This document shows, in pieces, positions 36,804 to 49,791 of a stretch of DNA of 53,890 nucleotides. The DNA lies in NCBI RefSeq assembly GCF_000315625.1, contig NW_005434438.1, positions 1 through 53,890 of the forward strand, written 5' to 3'. Within the stretch, counting starts at the first letter, position 1, and each line of letters starts with the position of its first letter. The stretch comes from Guillardia theta CCMP2712. Its lineage: Eukaryota; Protista; Cryptophyta. The translations under genes were made by a program, and so were the position numbers. The notes beneath the pieces are model-generated. The model did not search any database and was not told the DNA's origin. It saw only the letters and a program-made list of their open reading frames with translations.

Positions 36804-39800
36804 ATGAAGAATTTGATCGTTTTAGCCGTAATGGCAGTGGTGATGAACCACGCGGCCGAGGCTACCAACATGTTGAGTTTATCTATTTCGCCTAGATTGA
36901 AGAGTGCTTCACTTCTTCACCAAAAAACTCAGAGATCCACTGCGGAAACAGCAGTGCTTCATCTCAGAGGTGGTGCACAGCGAGTGTTCCACTTCGGCAA
37001 AGAAGGAACTGATGGCGACAAGAGCATGAAAGCACTTCTTGGAGGCAAGGGATCCAACCTTGCAGAAATGAGCAGAATTGGATTGAGTGTACCTCCTGGT
37101 TTCACCATCACGACTGAAACCTGTCAGGAGTACAATGGCTTGGGAAAGCAACTTCCGAAGGGATTGATGGAAGACGTCATGGCAGGTGTGAAACGAATTG
37201 AAAAACAGATGGACATGAAATTTGGAGATGAGGGCTCACCGCTCCTCGTGTCTGTCCGCTCTGGTGCGGCTGTGTCTATGCCCGGAATGATGGACACCGT
37301 CCTCAACCTTGGTTTGAACGACAAAGTCGTTGAGGGTCTTGCAAAGCGTGCCAGCAAGCGATTCGCTTATGACAGTTATCGTCGCCTACTTGACATGTTT
37401 GGCGATGTTGTTTTGGGAATTAATCACAATCTGTTCGAAGAACAGCTTGAGGAATTAAAGGAATCAAAGGGTGTTTCCACTGACAATGAGCTAAACGAGG
37501 ATGACCTCAAAGAATTGATCGCAAAGTACAAACAGGTATACCTGAATTGTGGAAAAGAGTTTCCAGAAGATCCAAACAAACAACTTGAACTTGCTATCCG
37601 TGCTGTTTTCGATTCATGGGACAGTGAAAGAGCGAAAGCCTACAGAGAGATCAATCAGATTCATGGACTGTTAGGAACTGCAGTTACAGTCCAGTCTATG
37701 GTTTTTGGCAACTTAGGAGCGACCTCTGGCACTGGAGTGCTGTTCAGTAGAAATCCTTCGACTGGAGAAAACAAATTGTATGGTGAATATCTTATTAATG
37801 CTCAAGGAGAGGATGTTGTTGCTGGAATTCGTACTCCCTCAGCAATTAGCACTTTGGAACGCGAGATGCCGCAAGCATATAAATCTCTACTCGACAATGT
37901 CGACAAACTCGAACGCCATTATATGGACATGCAAGACATCGAATTTACGATTCAAGATCAGAAACTGTTTATGCTACAATGCAGAAACGGGAAGCGTACT
38001 GGACCAGCAGCTGTCAAGATTGCTGTTGATATGTTCAAGGAGGGTCTCATCACCAAGGACCAGGTGATACTTCAAAATCTTCTTTCATCCCTTTAACCAG
38101 TGCAAAGGCTATTATGATGGTTGAAAGTGGCCACCTGGATCAGCTTCTCCACCCTCAATTCGAAGATCAGAACAAGTACAAAGCAAGAGTCATTGGAAAG
38201 GGCCTGCCCGCATCACCTGGAGCTGCTGTTGGCCAGGTGCTCCAGTTGCCCCAAGATGTAAACTCTGACGTGTCTCATCAGGTTGTGTTCTCTCCCGAGG
38301 ATGCAGAGGCGTTCAAGGCACAGGTCTTCTTGATTTATTTGATATCCGATGGATCCGTGATGTTCTTTTCAGGGCGGAGCAGCAATCTTGGTGCGCGCAG
38401 ATACTACACCTGAGGACGTTGGTGGAATGCACGCTTCTGAGGGTCTACTACTTCAATCCTCAGTACAAAAATGACGGAATTGTTCAGGCATTCTGACACA
38501 GAGAGGTGGTATGACTTCTCACGCAGCTGTTGTTGCCCGAGGCTGGGGCAAGACGTGCGTTTGCGGCTGCCTCGAAATGAAGGTATGGTGATTATATTGA
38601 CCATCACAAGGTGCCTTTTGATGTATTCGATTGCAGGTTGATGACAAGAAGAAGATCTTTACTCTGGGAGGAAAAACTTTCAAGGAGGGTGACTGGATTT
38701 CTTTGAATGGCAACACTGGAGAAGTCATCGAAGGAAAGGAACCTTTGTCTCCACCGACGATCTCTGGAGATCTAAGTGTGTCAAAAAGACTTGCGGATTG
38801 CCGGTATCTGATTGCTTGACAGGCACCTTCATGAGCTGGGTGGATGAGAGGAGAAAATTAAAGGCATTTCTTTCTCGTTTCCAGAGAACTTTGTTTACAA
38901 TCTGTTCAGGTCTTCACCAATGCGGATACCCCTGAAGATGCAGCCGAGGCAAGGAGGTATTTTCCTTTGTGCCCCATGTTTGATTTGTAATATCACTCGA
39001 AGAAATGGAGCCGAAGGCATTGGTCTCGTGCGCACAGAGCACATGTTCTTTGCTTCAGATGATAGGTTGAAGGCAGTCCGTCAGGTTTAACGCAAGCTAG
39101 CTAAAAGTTCAATGACATTGGGTCAGATGATCATGGCAGAGAATGTCGAGAAGCGAAAAGTTGCTTTGATGAAGCTCCTTCCATTCCAAGTAATTTTTCC
39201 AAGTTCTTGCTGAATGCCTTACGTCACTCGTTTACAGCGTGCCGACTTTGAAGGGATTTTCACCGCCATGGATGGACATACAGTCACAATCAGGTTTTAA
39301 TGTGTTTCGCAGAAGCTTGTATGCTCAAATAGATTCAGGCTGCTTGATCCACCTCTCCATGAGTTTTTGCCAAATGGGGAAATGAAAGATGTTTGCCAGA
39401 TGATGGCGAATGAATTGGGTATATCGTTTTGTTTCTGCATGTACCATTAACAAATTAACGAACAGGAATTGACGTTGCTGCTGTCAATGACAAAATCAAC
39501 AAATTGCATGAGGTGTCTGGTTGTTTTGTTTCTGTTGTGATGAACTGAATTGAAGTGAAGACCAATCCTATGCTCGGATTGAGAGGTTGCCGTTTGGGAA
39601 TTGTCCATCCAGAGATTTCCGAGATGCAGGCAATTTTAAATTTAATCGGGTATGTCATTTGACGAGTGCTCAAGGCGAGAGCGATCTTTGAGGCAGCACT
39701 CAACGTGAAGGCAAAGGGGATCAAACCTGTCGTCGACATCATGGTTCCCCTCGTCGGCTCTGTAACAGAGCTTGAGAACCAGGTGAGATGATGCTAATAA

Positions 39801-40592
39801 TTTCGAACATCTTATCATGCCGACAAGGCCAAACTTATTCGATCAACCGCTGAGACTGTCTTTACGGAACGAGGATCTCGTGTAGAGTACAAGGTTGCTT
39901 TCCTTTTCTATGTAGATTTTCAGTCTGATGCATAGAAGGTGGGGACTATGATTGAGATTCCACGCGCTGCTCTTCTTGCTGGAGAGGTATCTCACCTTAC
40001 ACTGAAATTTTGAATTCTAAATCTTCTTTCAGGTTGCAAAAGTTGCAGAATTCTTCTCCTTCGGAACCAATGATCTCACTCAAGTGTGGTGCCATCCAAG
40101 TCATCAATTTGAGCTGACTATGCAATAGATGACGTTTGGGTTCTCTCGTGATGACGTCGGAAGCTTCTTGCCGACGTATCTCGCCAACGGGATTCTTGTG
40201 TCAGATCCATTCCAGGCAAGCTCAATGCTTGGTAGTTTAGTTTTTATTTAGCTGAACCTATGTATAGGTGCTTGACAGAAAGGGTGTCGGCCAGCTTATT
40301 AAGACGGCAATTGAAAACGGCCGTGCAACAAGAAAGGATCTCAAATGCGGGATCTGCGGAGAGCATGGTTTGTTCTAGCCGCTCTAATAGGGCTTGGGAA
40401 TTCATTTTCATTTGTGCAGGTGGAGAGCCGTCTAGCATTGAGTTTGTGTCAGGAGCTGGCATGGACTACGTGTCATGCTCGCCTTTCCGTGTTCCCATCG
40501 CCCGTTTGGCTGCGGCTCAGGTATTTTGTGATAGTGCCTGATCAATTATTCTTAATCCTTCACAGGCTGAGATCAAGAAGGGAAAGCACTGA
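36804..40592 (+). CDS. PPDK: Pyruvate, phosphate dikinase with signal peptide and LHLRGG-terminated leader; 21 short introns by my count
   Basis: [66 protein letters not shown] (catalytic His), [32 protein letters not shown]. Confidence 0.98.
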
Positions 40593-40714
40593 GACAATTT
40601 CAGCCTTTTTGACATTGTACAATGCTGCATGCCAGAAAGTTGTTGCATTCGTTCCTGTCTCACCTTCGTCTGAGCCTTCTACGTACAAGGAAATTAAATC
40701 ATTGAGTGCAACAA

Positions 40715-42050
40715 TCACAGCACCTGCCTCTCTCCTCCAAAAAAGAGCAGCCATGCCCACACTGACAGCCAGTGCATAACCACACTGGGCCACAGACAGC
40801 CTGAGAGAATAGCCTTCAGGGATAAATGATATGATCCGTCATGCCGATGCTGACCCGTCCAACAGTACAGAAATGCGCAGTAAGTCCCGAGAAGCGCTGA
40901 ATAATTTGCGGTCAAGCATGAAGAGCAATCAGAGGGCTTCACTTGTCAGCAACAAGAAGCGACTGTCACTAAATGTCTCCGTATACCCGCCTTGCTTCAA
41001 CGCCTTCAATGAAGCTTACACATTACGTGATGTCTTATCACTTCACCTTCTCAAGCAGTATTCCGCAAAGAGGATGGGAAAGTACATAACCAACCAAGAC
41101 CAAAGCTTGGATAAAGAAATGTCTTAAAATAGAGTGTTCAGATGCACTCGGAAGAAGCAGAAATCGCCAGAAAAGCTGAATGAAAATAGTCAGCAGAGGA
41201 AGGAAACGCCAAGCAACCTCTTCAGCTAAGCTTGGAAATAGAAGAACTCTCGCTGAGACGGACAAGAGGCACCACAGAGCGTGAGCTTTACTGCCCTAGA
41301 ATGCATCAAACACATCGCTGTTTCATGCTGCTGTCTTACCTGTAGACCATGAATTCTTTCTGGTTGCAAGAAGCCACTTGCTCTGCCACCTATCAGCAGG
41401 GTACCCCCCAGAACGAGGATCGTGACAAAGACGTGCAGAGGTTCAGGGCCATTGTCGCTTGCGATGCACGTCAAGCGATCCATGCTCATGTTAAGCAGCT
41501 GCATGCAGCATCATCCCCTCTTTCCAGACCTCGTGGGAGACCTGCTTGCACAAAAATTTCCAGGAAGAGAAGGTCTTCAGAGGATAGGAGAGGATGAAGG
41601 AGGGGAAATAATCAGCGAAGATTTCCAGGAAGAGAAGATCTTCAGAGGACAGGAAGGAGGGGAAATAATCAGCGAAGAGAGGGACAGGCCTGCGCTATAG
41701 GCAGAGAGGGGAGGCGAGGGGAAGCTGACGGGAGGCAAAACATGAGCGAGTTTGTCGGAGAATCGGAAAAAGTCGAGGCAGGGAAACTCGGGACTATGCG
41801 GGAGGCCGATCAAAGGACGCACTTGATGGGGGTAGGGGTGGTGTGATACCTGAAAAAAGGGTGGGTAGAAAACAGGGAAAAAGAGGGTGGGACATAAGTG
41901 ATAACGACCGTAACGAAAGCGAGCGCGGCATGAGAGGAGGGATGCGAGCCTTGGCGCTGGTGGCAGCGAGCGCTGCTCCGCTCGCGCAGGTGAAGTGAAA
42001 ATGATAGAAGAAGTGGAGGATGAGGCGATGAGAACATGTTGCTGCACTTT
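40715..42050 (-). CDS. CPBP (CAAX/Abi) intramembrane protease of cyanobacterial-like type; multi-exon, start uncertain
   Basis: FPSLAEEVAWR, YVLSHP, FSDSRFLLL, LLGTYCAFLYCWTG|CLWPSVVMHWLSVWAWLLFFGG. Confidence 0.7.
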
Positions 42051-42199
42051 CATGCTGTCACCTGCCTCTTTCCTCCTCCGTCTCCCTCAGTCCCCTGGTA
42101 GATAAACATAAAGGTCACTGGAGATCCGCTACCCCTGTTGTCGTCTCGTGCGTTGGATCTTGGCAATGTTCACAATCGACATTGACTGTAGTTCACATG

Positions 42200-44690
42200 A
42201 TCCTCACGCCCCTGTGCATACATGCTGTCATAAGAACCTGACGATCGGCTGTGGGAGTGATGCCTTCTCCCGAGCGTCTCTTTCTCCTCCTTGATGTGCA
42301 AGATCTGATTTCCAACCCTTCAGGCATTTCTCAGCTCTCCCTTTAGTCCTTCCAGGCAACAGCTGCTCCACCCTACAGGCCTCTGTCCGACTTCCACGTC
42401 GATTTCAGGGCTGCATGCTCCGTCAGTTGCTCGCAGCCTTCACCCTGGCCGTGAGTTTCTGCTTCCTCGCTCCCGTCACCCTCCTCCCTGACATCTCTGC
42501 TGTTAGATCACCATCCTGACCGTCTTCAATCTCACTTTCTGCGATGTGGCGCCCAGAGGAGCAAGCCGCTCACCACGACGTCAAGTGGCGCTGCCGGAGA
42601 GGGAGAGTTTGGTATGAGCAAGGCGGATCAGGCAGGAAGGGAGCTAGAGGAAGGATCTCGACCAGAGTGGCTTCCGGCGTTTGTTCCGCTGTGGGTGACA
42701 AAGAAGTTGCATCCTCTAGTCCAGTTTGCCATCATGCTCGCTTGGTTGTTATGCGTCGTTAATTTATGTGAAGCTGAATCGCTGGGCAGTTACGCTTTCC
42801 ATCTGCTCTATCTCTCCAAAAATTCGTGGAATTTCCCTGAGCAGGTACAAGGAAGTAGGGGGAGGGGGAAGGAGGGTTGGTAGGGGAAGCAAGCGCGCTG
42901 ACTTGAGCCCGTGCAGTTGATCCCGAACAGCAAGGGAGCCTTTCAAAGCATCGGGCTCGATTCCATCGCAGGGCTGGTGGTTGTGGCAGGTGAGACTTGA
43001 AATGGATCACCTTGGAATGGAGAGACATTAAGGAGAATGATGTGATGACGTCAGGTGTCCTCGTTTGCCGCAAGCTAGCAGGAGTCAGCGTGATCCCTCC
43101 TCTCCTCCAGAGCTCAAACCCGCCATGGAGAATCCCAAGGTTCGAATGGCGGAAGGCCTGACGTTCCTGTCTCTGACATTCGCCGAAGAGAGGCAAAGAA
43201 AATCTTGGGAGGAACGACAGCCTACCTCTTGCTTGCTTACATTGCATCGGGGTAGGTCAGCGAGGAAGGAACAAAGAATCTGACACCTGATCAGCTATGG
43301 AGCGGTCTTTTGCGAACAAGTGCTTCTCCTTCTCTCAGTCTACAACGTCCCGCTCACTATCCCGACGATGAGGGCCTGGAAGGCAAGCCGTTGCTTGGCA
43401 TGCCTAAGGCTGACTGCGTGCAGGTACTGCTGGGGCATCTCATGTGGGTGTACATGGGCATACGGATCCTCGGCACGAAGCACAAGCCCTTCTTTCCTCC
43501 TCAAGGGACTTGGCTGAGGTCTTGATGTCTTGTGCTCTCATCGTTATGCCTAACGCTTGTGATCAAGGTGGAGAACAAACAGCAACTGGGTCTGGTGAGA
43601 ATGGAGGGATAAAGCTGAGCCATTAGGAGAGGAGGGACAGAGCTTTCAGAACGAGCAAACTGAGATCAAGAAACCTGCAGTGCAAGGAAGTTTGTTTGAC
43701 TGAAGTTGCAGGTGGGTGGTAGGAAGCTACTTCGTGTCTGCTCTTCTGTTCAACATCGCAGATCTCATCAACCAGTTCATCCTTCCTTCGACCATCTTTG
43801 ATGAGGTTGAGCGATGGGAGCAGGGCGACTTGAGTAACGATAGAACAGGAGAGCGTCGTCTCGAAGCTCGTCAATCCTGAGAACAAGGATCTTCTGGTAT
43901 TCTCCTTCTTCCTCTCTTCCTCTCGTTTTCGTCCTCTTGTTGCCCTTGCTGCTGCATTCCGTTTCCTTCATCACCTATGCTCTCTTTGGCTTCGTCTGCT
44001 TTCCTCTCCTCCTTTCCGTTCTATCCTTCTTTCCCTTCTGTCCTCCTTTCCCTTCTATCATCCTTTCCCTTCTGTCCTTCTATCTTCTCTGTCTTCCCTG
44101 CTCGTCTTGACTTCTGCCGAATAGGCCATGGCAATTGGAGCTGTTGGGCCCTGCATATCAGCTCCCATCTTCGAGGAGGTTCTCTATCGCGGGTGATACG
44201 TTAGCGTCTTGCCTGTCCGCTGCCTCACTCTACATCAGGTTTCTCCTCCCGGCTCTCGCCGCCATGATGCCTCTACAATGGGCCATCCCCACGAGCTCGG
44301 TGAAGCCCCCGCCATAGCAACGGTGGGTTCTAATTTCTTCCCAGATCCTCTTTGCAGTTCATCACCTCAACATCGGAGGGATTCTTCCCTTGTCCGTGCT
44401 CGGTGAGTAACACTGAAAGGGAGCGAGCATAAGAGGGGTTGAAGAAGGTGACAATCAAACAGGTCTAGCATGGGCAATCATCTACACGCAGTCAAGAAAT
44501 TTGCTGGTACTTCCATACTCGTCCTTCCTCCATCCTCGTTCAGCTACAGCTCACTATCATTCTTCCACATGCCTCCTCATAGTTTTCCTCTTGATAACTT
44601 TTGCAGGTCACCATCCTCATCCATGCTCTGTGGAACTCGCGAGTGTTTCTTGGCTCATTCAACTCTCTATGTATACCTTTACCGTTCTGA
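42200..44690 (+). CDS. CPBP (Rce1/Abi-like) intramembrane protease, probably plastid-targeted; multi-exon, start uncertain
   Basis: APIFEEVLYRG|FLLP, LFAVHH, IYTQSRNL and ILIHALWNS. The exon from ~42324 begins AFLSSPFSPSR (AF transit motif). Confidence 0.85.
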
Positions 44691-45183
44691 TGAATTATCG
44701 TCTTCTCCTCGGGCCTGTCCGCAGTTCCTTGCCGCTTAGTTTGATTGGCATTTTGCTGCCATTGTGGTCGACACTTGTAGAATATGCTTCAGCTGCATAG
44801 CAAGCAACTGAATAGCAAGAACACATTCAATGATTGCTCGCTTTCTTGTCCGCTGCGCCTCAAGAAGCTGAGGCGGGCAGGGCAAGACAATCGGAAGTTC
44901 TCATAGGTACAAAACGATGAGAGAGCGGAGCAGCAATGGCGCGGAGGGGAGGGAGGAAGTGAGAGAAGGAGACGAAGGGCTGGCATGAAGGAATTTGAGT
45001 TGAGTTGACCATGAGAATCTGTGAGAGGTTGTTCCAGGTAGAAGAACAAAGTATGAGGGGTGCAGGGTGATGGGAACATATTGCTGCAACAAAACGTGGA
45101 TGCAGCAACAACTCAGTACATGTGAAAATGATGCGCCATATCACATCTGATTGATTGCAGGGTATCATTATCCCCTATCAGCC

Positions 45184-45726
45184 ATGGTTCCAAGAATTTC
45201 CTCCATCTCACACGTCGCTATCGCTGTATGCGTTATCATCATTTTACGTTCCTCCCATTCTGTTGACACAATATTCAAGAACCGAAAATTCTCGATCAGG
45301 CTGCACGATTGGCCAGATCTGTGGATCCGAAAGAAGCGTTGTTGGAACGACATGGACGAGGACACGCGAAGGCAATGGAAGGTGCACTCAGTGTGATGGA
45401 TACTCGCGATCCCATTTGCCATGCAGACTTTGGGTTGGGACGAGAAGAACTGGAAGACCGGAACGGGAGTGCAGACCAGAGAGAAGCGCTGGGACGGTGA
45501 ATTGTTGTGCATGTAAGACAAGAGTGAGTGTCATGAGAGGATGTGCAGAGCTCAACTGCTCTGAGCTGAAGGCGGCCAAGGCATTAGGTTACGACCGCAA
45601 GGTGCGTTGAGCTGCTAGCAAACTTCGTTGAGAGTTTTGTAGTTGTGGGAGACGGAAGATCAAACCATCAGAGCTGATCACATCCCTCGCATTCCCGTGC
45701 GTCCATGGGAGTATACGGCATGGTAA
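45184..45726 (+). CDS. Small signal-peptide protein with Trp repeats (W.D/EL......A..LGW/Y...W); 3 introns
   Basis: MVPRISSISHVAIAVCVIIIL...WNDMDEDTRRQWK|TLGWDEKNW...RWD|ELNCSELKAAKALGYDRK|LWE. Confidence 0.65.
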
Positions 45727-45887
45727 AACACAACATCACAGCCGCTTAGGGATTTTAAGGTGTAGATAATGTAGAGCTAATTACAAGAAGTGGAAAGGCT
45801 ATCTTTCTGGCTATCCTTTCAAAAATGGCAAGTTTCAACTAATTTGAAGAGAATCAAAACGCAACAGAACAGGCCAGGTATTGAAAA

Positions 45888-47050
45888 TCAATGACCCATT
45901 CTACAAGAAACGCGAGTGTTGCTTATTTCTATCAAGTCGTTCAAGTTCGGCAAGAACCTCTCGATGCTTCCTGCGTATCTTCGATGCCTGTAGGATGGAC
46001 ATGATTGGAATTCAGATATGACAGGAAGACTCACAGGAACAAGTTGCTTCACATGCTGTTCAGCTTCTTGTAAAGTCAGACCTTTGGACACCATGAGATA
46101 CCCCTTGAGATGTTTCAGGTCAGGTAGAGGAACCGCACTGTCAGTTGGAATCATCCCACCACGCATAGCATGACACATCGCACACGGCCTAGGCGACAAT
46201 GCACATAGATGCTGCCCCCTCGCATCTGAATGATCGAGCTGAGGAATGTGTAAAGCCAAGTAACATTCGTGTGACAAGCAGAACAAGCATACTTGATGAA
46301 TTTGATACCGTTGACAAGCTGCAGCAAAGTCAACGGATCGCCCTCGCGCACGTTGATCTCGAGGTGACGAAACCTGAGCGATAAAAAGAGATTGAGACTA
46401 TGGAATAAACACAGCACATCGAAGTCACCCCAAAGCTTTGATTGCATCGGGAGGTACGATGTGCTCATGCTGCAGCATAGTGAGATATCTTGTACAGCCA
46501 AACCTGATTCTCGACCGGCAGAACAACGCTTAGAACTGCAACAACATTTTCGTTCCGAAGCAAGCCCAATTCCTTCACCTGGATGAAAAACCTATAAAAA
46601 CAAGATCGGTTAAAAGAGTTTCTTACTGAAAATAATTTTCGTCCGATGTACAGTTTTCTACATAATTGGTAAAACCATTGTTGTTGGCCGGCCTTGTGCA
46701 ATGCATTCAAGGGTCTCTCTACTTGGATTCCCGACTCCTCTGGCTTCATTGAACTCGTCGTACATTTCTGGTTTTCGGGATGTTTATGCCCAATCTTGCT
46801 TTGAGCGCCTGCCATGTCCATCTTGTTAAAAACGAAATGAATTTACGGTGAGTGACCTTGTGTAACCTTGTAAATTGGTAGTCTGCTCCATGACGATTTG
46901 GAAAGTTGTGAATCAATGAGGATCCCATCGGTCAAGGAAGATGATCTACATCTTGATTTCTTATCCGGGATTCCCGTTTCTAGGTTTAAGGCAGAAATTA
47001 TCATTCTAATTTCGTCCTGGAGTGGAATGTAGATACGTTGCACAATCATT
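45888..47050 (-). CDS. Dual-specificity/PTPMT1-like phosphatase; multi-exon, start uncertain
   Basis: KLYIG, NVVAVLSVV, GIKFI, GGSIYVHCRLGRVR (CX5R loop) and GYLMVSKGLTLQEA. Confidence 0.7.
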
Positions 47051-48284
47051 GAAGTAGAACCCTCCCCGTCCGTTCATCAATTCACCAAAGGCATATTCAA
47101 AACGAATTTGACACAATTTTCGTCGTTATCTTATGATCGACACAAATATGTAACACATCTTGCTCTTGTTTCAGTCTGGGTCGAGTTTCTTGGGGCAAAG
47201 TCGCAGGTACCACGAAGTTTGTTAGTTAGAGGTGAGCCGGACAGTTCTTGAAGATTTTCAATGATTGAATCAAGGAATCATGAGCGCCGGTAAGACGGAG
47301 GATCAAGAAGTGTGCATGATACAAGATATCAGACGCGCGAGTAGTCGCTCCTCCCACACATTGAAGCGCGTCTCGCACATTTCAGACAGCCCGACACTTT
47401 CTCATGACTAGGGTGGGGTAGTTGTGTGAATTTGCCCTACCAACCACTGGATAAGCTAGAGCAAGGTAGGGGTCCATTGCCGGTTTACCAGGGTGGGGTC
47501 TATTCTGAGGGGACTGGTAGGATGTCGGCTACCATGTTCATTTCATATAATCCTTTTAGAGCCGAGGTGTAGTATGTTTTATAATTTTGTAACAAGTGGG
47601 ATCGTTTGCTGTACAATGTTTATATCCACCATCGTAGGATTGTTGATGGATTGTGATTTATAAAGGGGTCTGCTCTCATAGACAGTTAAAAGCATTTTTG
47701 ATGAAATTTGACCCACCTCGGGACTAACATTATATTTATCGGTACAAACTATTTTAGTTGCCAACCGGGTGACAACTGACGATGATTCTGCTAGTAAGAG
47801 TGTGGGGTGGGGTCATGGAGGCCAACGATGGGTAGGGTGAACGTAAATTGTCAGGGGCCTATGAAATTCAAGGTTGGCGAGTCTCATATGACGATGCAGG
47901 ATCATTTCATTTCCTTCTCTGAAGCTTGCCTTATATAGACAAGGAAAATATAGCCCTTTTGCTTTGCCTCATTCACAGCTCCCAATCTCTGCACGTGATC
48001 CCGCCAGCTTTAGAATATCACCATCGTTCTGAAAATGGAAAAATCCTTCTAGGGTTGCTATGAGGCGGTAAGGGGTGGGGGTGGGGTGTGTGACAGTCAT
48101 CTGGGGCATTATATGGGAGCGAAGCCTCCATTGATGGCCCAGCACACTTCGCAATATCATGACTCGAAATATCATTGAAAGAATTCAAATCTCCTCATTG
48201 GGCCCTTAAAAAAGTTGAGGGCTCAATTTGAACTTAGAGAAGTAGTATTGAACTCTTCGGTGCCATGTCCTAAAGCATCGAGCA

Positions 48285-48450
48285 TCTGGAGTACCGAGAG
48301 TCCAGCCAAAAAATCTCTTTTCAGGCCCCCGATCGCGTCCTCGGCAACCCGGTCAGGCCCCTACAGGCCTGTACTAATAACTCGTGTGAGGCCAGGGCGG
48401 CCAGATAGCTTTCCGGGCCGGGCCGGTCCTGCACTCTGCCGTAGTCATCC
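48285..48450. repeat. GC-rich scrambled intergenic island 7 (short)
   Basis: ccgggccgggccgg, ccgatcg, gtaccgag and ggtcagg words; ends ~30 bp before the ATG at 48480. Confidence 0.55.
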
Positions 48451-48479
48451 ACTAACGATTTCAAAAAAACAAGGCTAGC

Positions 48480-49699
48480 ATGGCGAAGAAGAAGAAAGGA
48501 CAACAAGAAGGTAAGAGGCCTTATGGACTGTAGGAGTGAAGCTAAGAGACTGTGAAAAGAAAGAAAGAAGAGCGATGAAACTGAACAGCAATGAAATCAA
48601 AGGAATACTCATCTCCCAACTCAGTAAGAGACCATGATCCTGGGATGGTGAGGATAGTAGTGTACCACTAACAATTATCCGACCAAAATAGAAGAATTTG
48701 ACCCGGTCAGCGCAAGAAACAGAAGCAAAATTAGAGTTGTAATGGTCTGATGAGACCAAAGGTACAATCCTTAGAGTTACAAGGACCTGATTCGTGAATT
48801 AGAAATAAGCTGAATATTGAGATCTTGAGATGAGAAGATCATGGGCAGAACTAGTGTTAAGCATCAAAGCTAGTAAGTTCGATAAGATATGTAGTAAATT
48901 GAATCTAGAAGTTTGTGTATCTTGTACGTGATAGAGCTTTGTTTGTTTACATTTACTCTGCGTGGTTGTAGCTGCCGCGCCAACCAATCCTCCGAAGCAG
49001 GAGGAGGCACCAGTGAAGGATGAAGAAAGTTCACAAGCAAACCAAGAAAATCAAGAAAAGGAAGTCCTAGACAAAGAAAACAGCTCCCCTGCTGCTACTA
49101 CTCCTGTGCGTTGTGATTATGATCCAGTTTGTATGATCCAGTTTTTGATTTTCACTCAATCAGCTCGATACATTTGACCCTTCTGCGAGCAAGGTTGGCA
49201 GTTTGAATCTTGCTTTCTCTCTTCGTATTAACAACTGGCGATGAAGGGGTTGGAAGATAAGCTGATGAAGCTCAAAGGTCAACTTCAAGATCTCAGAGAG
49301 TCAATCAAGGTTGGTCTCAGTGAAACTTGTTGTCTCGTATTGTCGTGTAAGGTTTTATCTTGTCTCCTCTCCTCTCCTCTCCTCTCCTCTCCTCTCCTCT
49401 CCTCTCCTCTCGTCTGGTCTCGGCCGTTGACGCTATGTTCGTGATAAGCGTTTAAAATTACACACTACACTTTTTCATTTGGATCAAAACGAAAATTGAT
49501 GAAAATTCAAGAATGGATCCTGCTTTGTGCAAGCAAATTAATTTCATGACAATATTTTGCTGTAGGGGTTTGAGCAAGACTTCGATCGCCGTCTTGACGA
49601 GTAAATATGCACAATGATATTTTCTGAATTTTTCGCTTACATCTCGTGTTAGATGCTTGGCGGAAATTCTGGGAGGGCAGGAGAAGTGAGAGAGATTAA
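48480..49699 (+). CDS. Small acidic protein with a short coiled coil; multi-exon
   Basis: MAKKKKGQQE|AAAPTNPPKQEEAP...|LDTFDPSASK|GLEDKLMKLKGQLQDLRESIK|GFEQDFDR, joined by GT-AG introns. Confidence 0.6.
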
Positions 49700-49791
49700 G
49701 CTCCGGGCATGATGCTTTACTTTCCGAGAATAAACTCAATAGATTCTACTTCACTGAACTTCTCTGTGGGTGTAGCTGTGTTGCAGCTGCT

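Noticed and set aside
40831-41127. 98-aa plus-strand ORF
   Set aside because: Antisense to CPBP exons.
47560-47800. AT-rich 61-aa minus ORF, possible viral or organellar scrap
   Set aside because: No recognisable motif; too short to support.
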